The notes under the pieces are model-generated. The model saw only the letters and a program-made list of their open reading frames with translations, made no database searches and was not told the DNA's origin. DNA of 12,846 bases from positions 1-12,846 of the forward strand of contig JAVCBW010000059.1 in NCBI GenBank assembly GCA_037917675.1, in the 5' to 3' direction. The position numbers and the translations under genes were made by a program. This document shows, one piece after another, positions 6,917 to 12,846 of the stretch. How positions within the stretch are numbered: position 1 is the stretch's first letter; every line of letters begins with the position of its first letter. This DNA comes from Thermoproteota archaeon (lineage in GTDB: Archaea; Korarchaeota; Korarchaeia; B14-G2).

Positions 6917-7299
6917 GGTGTGTCCTATAAGACTGTAGAGGAGTATGTTGAGGTGCTTAGGAGGCTCCTCCTACTGGAGTAGCATACCACAGGGGGGAGA
7001 GGGTATCCTGGAGGAAGGAGAAGAAGTTCTTCTTCCTAGACCCTTTCATAGCGAATACTCTTGTAGAGTGGACAGGTGGAGAGTACCTGGAGAGCTCGAT
7101 ATACGAGTGGGTAGTCCAAGCTCACCTGTATAGGAAGTAGGAGAGTATACTACTATAGGGATAGCTATGAGATAGACTGCATGCTGGAGGGCTCAGGATA
7201 GAGGTGAAGGCAGGGAAGCCTCATAGGAGATACCCAAAGAACACGATCATGCTTGGGAAAGAGGACATACCTCTCTTCCTATGTGCGCTAAGCGTGTAG
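6917..7299 (+). pseudogene. 3' remnant of an archaeal AAA+ ATPase with wHTH and DUF4143 (PD-(D/E)XK-like) C-terminal domain
   Basis: Frameshifted pieces read GVSYKTVEEYVEVLRRL / RVSWRKEKKFFFLDPFIA / IYEWVVQAHLYRK* / YYRDSYEIDC / GGLRIEVKAGKPHRRYPK...EDIPLFL, ending in TAG at 7297-7299. Confidence 0.8.
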
Positions 7300-7492
7300 C
7301 AGCCTTGAAGCCTTGTCTTAAGACTGTCAGGCTGAGGGCAATAGGAACACTGCTCATAGCCCTATGCTCCTGGAGCTAGCTCTGATAGTGAGAGGAAATG
7401 TAGAGGGGAGCAGTAGTGTGTAGCTGTGGTATTAGCTTCATCACATGTCAGCATCCTTTTAAGCCTTGGGCATGTAGTAAGCTAGGGTATGC

Positions 7493-7792
7493 ATGCTCAT
7501 ATTAGACTTGACCTCAGAGTGGGGTATTAGCCTGGAGCTGCTGGCTGAGAAGCTTAAAGCTAGGCTTAGAGGCAAGCTGGCTTATATAGCTGCCTCACCG
7601 AGCCCAGATACCTTGGCTTATGATAGCAATGTGCTTGTGGTCTTGAAGGATCTTTCACCAGGTGATGTGAGAGCTGTCATGGAGGCTAAGAGGGAGGTTG
7701 AGGCTGAGCTAGGTGAGAGAGTTCTGATAAGCCCCCTGGTAACTGAGCTAGGAGACAAGCTAGCTGAAAGGTTCCCAGGTAGATGGGTTTGA
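7493..7792 (+). CDS. Minimal nucleotidyltransferase (MNT)-fold protein, atypical; putative antitoxin
   Basis: About 100 aa, overlaps the HEPN gene. LAEKLKARLRGKL...YDSNVLVVL...ISPLV topology matches MNT, but the GS and DxD motifs are not canonical. TTTTAA box at 7457-7462. Confidence 0.65.
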   Translation: MLILDLTSEWGISLELLAEKLKARLRGKLAYIAASPSPDTLAYDSNVLVVLKDLSPGDVRAVMEAKREVEAELGERVLISPLVTELGDKLAERFPGRWV

Positions 7793-8127
7793 GCATGGAG
7801 AAGGCCAGGTCGCTGCTGAGGGAGGCTGAGCTAGACCTCAAGGCTAGATGCTACAATAAGGCTGCTAGCGCAGCCTACTTCGCAGCTAGGATGGCAGCTG
7901 ACTGCCTCCTAGAGGCTAGAAGGCTACATGTACCTAGGAGAGATGACAAGCTAGCGAACCTGATAGAGCACCTAGGCTTAAGAGAGGCAGCAAGCCTACT
8001 GAGAGAGCTCTACAACACTAGGAAGAGGGCAGACTACTCCTCTCTAAAGGTGGCTGGAGAGGAAGCTGCTGAGGCAGTAGAGAAGGCTAAGAGGGCAATA
8101 GAGCTGCTGAGAGAGCTCAGGCCATGA
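7783..8127 (+). CDS. HEPN-domain protein (UPF0332-like), partner of the MNT
   Basis: EKARSLLREAELDL...YNKAASAAYFAA...LYNTRKRADY...EEAAEAVEKAKRAI matches the family; the gene overlaps the MNT stop. Confidence 0.85.
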   Translation: MGLSMEKARSLLREAELDLKARCYNKAASAAYFAARMAADCLLEARRLHVPRRDDKLANLIEHLGLREAASLLRELYNTRKRADYSSLKVAGEEAAEAVEKAKRAIELLRELRP

Positions 8128-8225
8128 AGAGCTCTAGAAGCCACATGCAGCCTGCGAGGTAGGGTGCTTAGAGAGGAGGCTAGGTGGCTGCTGTGATGCT
8201 GAGCTTTAGGCTGCTCTCTAGGCAC

Positions 8226-9323
8226 CTACCTGCTACAGTGTATTCTGATTGCTTTCTCAAGGTGGTGTGCTAGATCCCTTACCTGATCTAGGGTTATAGC
8301 TCCCATTAAGCCTACTCTCACAGCTTTCTCTCTCAGCTCTCCCATCCCAGATGCTATCAGATACCCTGCCTTCTTGACTTCCTCTATGACTTCCCTTGCT
8401 CTCGGAGCTTTAAGCTGTATTGCTGCTACTGTAGCTGACTGGTATCCTGGCGGTGGGATCGGCTTAGCCTCAGCTCTAGCTGCAGCCTCATAGACTTCTC
8501 TAGCCTTCTCCAGCTGAGACCTCCACCTGGCTTCTACACCCTCTCCTAGGAGGATCTCCAGAGCCTCTCTGAGAGCATATAGGAGTGTTACTGGCGGAGT
8601 GAAAGGCGTCTCACTTCTCCTAGAGTACTCTACTGAGAGCTTTAGGTCTAAGGATGGTGGCGGGCTTCTCCTCCTCTCCTGGAGCTTCTCTAGAGCCCTC
8701 TCCCCTAGGTAGACGAATGATATGCCTGGTGGAGCTGCAATGCACTTGTGTGAAGCTGAGGCTACAGCATCTAGCATCCAGCTATCTGCCTTCAGAGGCT
8801 CTCCTCCTAGCCCTGAGACTGAGTCTACTAGGACTAGGGCTCCAGCTTCCCTTGCCCTGGCAGCTATCTGCTTGAGGTTCCTAGCTGCATAGCCTGTGCT
8901 CGTCTCGTTGTGGACTGCTAGGATAGCAGATGGCGTGAGCTCCTCTAATGCCTCAGATACCTCGCTCACGTCGATCGGCTGGCCTTCAGGCCTCCTTAAG
9001 ACATGCACTTCAGCACCTCTTCTCCTAGCTGAGCTAGCTAGCCTGTCTCCGAACTCCCCATTTGAGAGAGCTAGCACCTTCTCGCCTGGCTCTAGTAGGC
9101 TCCAGACCATGGAGTCTACCGCTGTCGTGCCGCTCCCAGAGACTAGAGCTACAAGCTCATCTCCGACGTATACTTGCCTGAGCATGTCTACGACCTCCAT
9201 GTAGAGCTCTCTGAAGCTCTCTGACCTATGTGAGATCACTGGGCTCGCTTGAGCCTCAAGGACTCTTGGGTGGAGCTCAACTGGGCCAGGGGTCATCAGG
9301 ATCAGTCTAGCCACCTCTATCAC
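8226..9323 (-). CDS. Class V PLP-dependent aminotransferase (serine-pyruvate/alanine-glyoxylate family); likely phosphoserine aminotransferase role
   Basis: MTPGPV, ISHRS..F, GSGT.A, NGEFG.R, VHNETSTG, VDSVS, ASHKCIAAPPG (PLP Lys), TPFTPPV and VRVGLMG. It overlaps the serA-like stop. GTG 9314 is an alternative start. Confidence 0.9.
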   Translation of the reverse strand: MIEVARLILMTPGPVELHPRVLEAQASPVISHRSESFRELYMEVVDMLRQVYVGDELVALVSGSGTTAVDSMVWSLLEPGEKVLALSNGEFGDRLASSARRRGAEVHVLRRPEGQPIDVSEVSEALEELTPSAILAVHNETSTGYAARNLKQIAARAREAGALVLVDSVSGLGGEPLKADSWMLDAVASASHKCIAAPPGISFVYLGERALEKLQERRRSPPPSLDLKLSVEYSRRSETPFTPPVTLLYALREALEILLGEGVEARWRSQLEKAREVYEAAARAEAKPIPPPGYQSATVAAIQLKAPRAREVIEEVKKAGYLIASGMGELREKAVRVGLMGAITLDQVRDLAHHLEKAIRIHCSR

Positions 9324-10245
9324 CTAGCTCGTGTGCTATGGCCTCAGCTAGCTCAGCTGCAATCCTCCTCTTCGCCTCAGCTGTCTCAGCACCTATGTGT
9401 GGTGTAGCTATCACATGAGGGTGAGCTATGAGCTCCTTCTCCCAGCTCTCTCTAGGCGGCTCATGCTCGAGGACATCTATTGCTGCAGCAGCCAGCTTAC
9501 CTGAGTTTAAGGCTGATAGGAGAGCCCTCCCGTCTACTATAGCTCCTCTACTCGTGTTGATGAGGACTGCACCATCCCTCATAGACTCAAGCTCTCTCCA
9601 GCCTATCATCCTATAGGTTTCCTTGGTGAGTGGGACATGTAAGGTGACTGCATGGCTCTCTGACAGAAGGCTGCTGAAGCCTGAAGGCTCAGCTCCAGCC
9701 TCTCTAGCTTCAAATGCTATGTCCCTCCTATCATATGCTAGTACACGCATCCCTAGAGCTCTAGCTAGCTTGGCTACCCTCGAGCCTACCCTACCGAGCC
9801 CTATGACGCCCAGGGTTTTTCCAGCTAGCTCTCTGCCAGAATACATTCCTTTAGGCCACTTACCTAGCTTAACTAGCCTGTCGTATAGGGGTATCATCCT
9901 GAAGGCTGCTATCAGGAGGCCTATGGTGAGCTCTGCTACAGACTGAGATGCTCCAGCTGAGTAGATGACCTTGACTCCAAGCCTCCTAGCAGCCTCGAGA
10001 TCTATGTTATCTAAGCCTACTCCAGCTCTAGCCACGAGCTTAAGCCTGGTAGCTGCCTTAAGGAGCTCAAGGTCTACTCTAGTCCTGCTCCTGACGACAA
10101 GCACATCAAACCTGCTAGCCTCCTCAATGAGCTCCTCCCTGCTCACATTAGGCCTATACTCGACCTTGAAGCCTCTCTCAGAGAGCAGCTTCAGCAGGAG
10201 GCTGTCAACAGGGTCTGCTATGAGGACAGTGAGAGGCCCAAACAC
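9307..10245 (-). CDS. serA: D-3-phosphoglycerate dehydrogenase-like D-2-hydroxyacid dehydrogenase, short form without ACT domain
   Basis: VVRSRT, RAGVGLDNID, VAELTIGL, GLGRVG, LHVPLT, NTSRG, DVLEHEP and TPHIGAET. The start is moved to GTG 10245 because of a GGGGTG SD and a TTTAAAAA box at 10294-10287. Confidence 0.85.
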   Translation of the reverse strand: MFGPLTVLIADPVDSLLLKLLSERGFKVEYRPNVSREELIEEASRFDVLVVRSRTRVDLELLKAATRLKLVARAGVGLDNIDLEAARRLGVKVIYSAGASQSVAELTIGLLIAAFRMIPLYDRLVKLGKWPKGMYSGRELAGKTLGVIGLGRVGSRVAKLARALGMRVLAYDRRDIAFEAREAGAEPSGFSSLLSESHAVTLHVPLTKETYRMIGWRELESMRDGAVLINTSRGAIVDGRALLSALNSGKLAAAAIDVLEHEPPRESWEKELIAHPHVIATPHIGAETAEAKRRIAAELAEAIAHELGDRGG

Positions 10246-10834
10246 GACACCCCATACAAGACCCCCTACCCTCAAGACACCTACAGTTTTTAAAGCTACT
10301 AGAGGCAAGTGAGGAGCCTATAGCATAAGCTGATATCCTACAGTACCTTGATAAGACCATGGCTATAGCTGAAGCTGATGTGAAGCCTAGGACCATGCTG
10401 AAAGCCGAGGTCAGGAGCAGCTTTCAGGTAAGCAAGGCGATAGCCTGCTTGCAGTAGCTAGAGATGAGCTCTCAGCTAAGAAGCTCACCTAAGCTCCTGA
10501 TCCCCATGCGACATCTCTACAAGAAACATCTATGGAGCTAAATGCGGTATGAAAGAGCATAGGTGACGACATGTACAGGCCTCTGAAGATGTTGAGAAGC
10601 TAGATAAGCTAGCAGCTAAGAGAGCAAGAGCTACAAGCTGAAGCCCAGTAGTGACAGGAGCAGATAGTGGTAGAGCAGCCTCTTGTGTCCGCTAGCTCGG
10701 AGCCCTCACATCTATCACCATCGTAGTCTATTAAAGACTACATCAGCTATACTCCTAAGATACGAAGCATATGGCTAATGGAGCAGTCTTCTACAATCCA
10801 ACACTGATAAGGGGGTCACCTGATGGATGGAGGC

Positions 10835-12013
10835 TTATTCATTCTCTTCCACTCTCTGCTGTGGCTTTGTCTTGATTAGCAGAAGCAAGCCTACCGTGTT
10901 CACTATGGAGCCTAGAGTGAAGGGAACCCAGTGCCCTAGGTTCCAGGTGTAGCCTGCCAGAAAGCTTCCTAGGGAGCTTGAGAAGAACGTTATGGAGTCT
11001 AGGGACCCTATAGCTGTCGCTACTTCCCTCTCTGAGATCGTGACCAGTAGATGCCTTCTTGCAGGGAGATCCATTGCCGCTATGATGCCTTGAGCGATCA
11101 TCAGAGCATATACTAGGAGCTTGCTTCTCAAGAGTGGGTAAATCCACCAGACAGCTGAGGAAGCTGCTAGATGATAGACCAACATCTCTCTACCACCCAT
11201 CTTATCTGTGGCCTTCCCAAGCGGAACCGTCGCCACCAGATTTCCTAAGCTCAGAAGAGACAATGCAAAGCCTATTTCAGGCTCACCCATCCTCTGGTCG
11301 AGCTTAGCTACCAGTGGTATAAATGTGTAGGATAGCGCAAAACCAATCCCATGAAGTGCCAGAGATATAGCTAGGCATCCTAGATACCTGTTCCTAGCTA
11401 GTATGCTAACTCCCCTAGTGAAGTCTCTTAGGAGGCTGATTCTAGCCTCACCTCTCTTTTCTCCTCTGAACCAGATCCAGGTTAGAGCTGCTGAAGTAGA
11501 GGCTAGCATGCTGCCTGCTATGAAGGCTAGAGGATAGCCTCCTAGCTTAACCATGGAGCCTGAGAGAGACTGGCCTACTATCTGCCCTACCATGACGATG
11601 AGGTAGTACCAGCTATAGGATGAGGCTGAGCCCTCAGATAAGTCTGATACTAGGGCGAGGGCTGCTGGGCTATAAAGTGAGTAGCTCACCCAAGCCACTA
11701 TCAGGAGGATAGCTGCGAGAAGCCTAGTTTTGAGGATAGAGAAGAGTAGCATGGAGGCTGCCCCCATTAGGAAGCCTACCATCATCGGGTAACATCTTCC
11801 TATCCTATCTGCCATGGCTCCAGAGAACATGGAGGCTAAGCCATAGGAGAGCCTCGCTAAGGTTATCACCACTCCAATTAAGAGCTCTGACATACCTAGC
11901 TCACTGAAGTAGAGCACTATCAAGGCAGTAGCCAGGTAGAATCCAGCATCAAAGAGAGAAGCTACCAGCGAGAGCCTTACAACCCCCCTCAAGCCCCTAC
12001 ACCCCATTCTCAC
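10835..12013 (-). CDS. MFS transporter (MFS_1, substrate unknown)
   Basis: About 12 TM segments with duplicated motif A: GAMADRIGR and GKATDKMGGR. Confidence 0.9.
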   Translation of the reverse strand: MRMGCRGLRGVVRLSLVASLFDAGFYLATALIVLYFSELGMSELLIGVVITLARLSYGLASMFSGAMADRIGRCYPMMVGFLMGAASMLLFSILKTRLLAAILLIVAWVSYSLYSPAALALVSDLSEGSASSYSWYYLIVMVGQIVGQSLSGSMVKLGGYPLAFIAGSMLASTSAALTWIWFRGEKRGEARISLLRDFTRGVSILARNRYLGCLAISLALHGIGFALSYTFIPLVAKLDQRMGEPEIGFALSLLSLGNLVATVPLGKATDKMGGREMLVYHLAASSAVWWIYPLLRSKLLVYALMIAQGIIAAMDLPARRHLLVTISEREVATAIGSLDSITFFSSSLGSFLAGYTWNLGHWVPFTLGSIVNTVGLLLLIKTKPQQRVEENE

Positions 12014-12248
12014 ATGCGTATAAGGCTTAGACTACCTCCCATAGAATGCCTGAATCATTGTGAGCTCATAACCCCCCTCCTCTTCACATAAAGAGCTGAT
12101 GATAGCATATGGCTCAATGAAGGTGAGGGGGTGAGGTAGACTTAAGTAGGTATTGGTGTAGTCTAAGCTTCTACATGCTATCCCTAGCCTATGAAGCTCG
12201 AAATATGAGCCATAGCCTTATAATCCTGCCTTCAAGCCTCTAAGAGAT

Positions 12249-12437
12249 GTGAGCTTGACTGAAGGTATTGCTAAGAAGACAGCGAAGTACAGGTGTACAG
12301 TCTGTGGCTGGATCTATGACCCTGAGAAAGGGGATGGAGTGGGAATCCCACCAGGAGTCCTATTTGAAGAGCTTCCAGACGACTGGAAGTGCCCTATGTG
12401 TGGAGCAGGAAAGGAACTCTTTGAGAAAGTAGACTAG
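12249..12437 (+). CDS. Rubredoxin
   Basis: [14 protein letters not shown]...[29 protein letters not shown] box at 12218-12223 lies 25 nt before the GTG start. Confidence 0.96.
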   Translation: MSLTEGIAKKTAKYRCTVCGWIYDPEKGDGVGIPPGVLFEELPDDWKCPMCGAGKELFEKVD

Positions 12438-12846
12438 AGCTACATGTTAGCTAGAGGAGCCAGGACGACTGAAGCCTGTAACCGTAGCAGCTAAGCTACC
12501 ACCCTTACTCCTCTTGTTGAGCCTTATCCCATAGGAGCTATCAAGTAAGGCTTCTCTGGCTAGTGGGCTGCCTATAGAGAACTTGGAGTTCATAGCTGGT
12601 ATGCTTTCATGGATGTATGTGGTTTTGTCTATGGCTGCTTCCTCATCGTTGGGCTTATGCCTCTAGTAGGGCTTTCGAGGTAGCCTAGAGCCCAAAGTCT
12701 AGAGGCTTAGATCTGATAGCTACTAGGTGGCCTGACAAGGCTCCCATCAGCAAGCATCACAGGGAAACTAAAGCCTCCACTAATCAAACCACCTACCCTC
12801 TGTATCTCTATGAAAACAGAAGCTGCAGCCGAAGGCTATGCCAAAG

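Noticed and set aside
6945-7133. 62-aa ORF
   Set aside because: It is an off-frame reading over the AAA+/DUF4143 pseudogene.
8034-10396. Short ORFs 8034-8225, 8654-8875, 8896-9204, 9428-9616, 9623-9946, 9965-10312, 10205-10396
   Set aside because: They are antisense or off-frame shadows of well-supported genes. The same applies to 89-292, 1188-1385, 3022-3207, 3436-3630, 4499-4804, 6504-6851 and 10839-11147.
10310-10830. About 500-bp ORF-poor gap with small hairpins (e.g. GTAGTC-TATTAAA-GACTAC)
   Set aside because: I found no recognisable RNA gene, IS end or protein motif. Short stems are expected by chance, and the gap is possibly decayed coding DNA.
12440-12846. Possible gene remnant after the rubredoxin
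   Set aside because: Only short interrupted frames with no recognisable motif are present.

Overview
Archaeal-looking window (TATA-box-like promoters about 25 nt upstream of leaderless starts, AGG/AGA/ATA codon use; TACK/Thermoproteota-like is an inference). It mixes housekeeping genes with a decaying accessory region. Housekeeping genes: two MFS transporters, a short serA-like dehydrogenase coupled to a class V aminotransferase, and a rubredoxin. The accessory part holds a membrane-anchored heptad-repeat protein, a coiled-coil PD-(D/E)XK protein, an atypical MNT-HEPN pair, and several gene remnants (SAM methyltransferase, DUF433 antitoxin, AAA+/DUF4143 ATPase, possibly an alpha/beta hydrolase). 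The most interesting element is a minus-strand unit at about 2883-5144. It comprises an unannotated 22-aa Lys/Arg-rich peptide, a highly divergent RtcB-superfamily protein that keeps most metal ligands and the guanylylated His but has rewired other motifs, and a basic protein with two tandem Cas2/PaaX/ChrB-like domains. All family calls come from motif recognition by eye; no database search was run.
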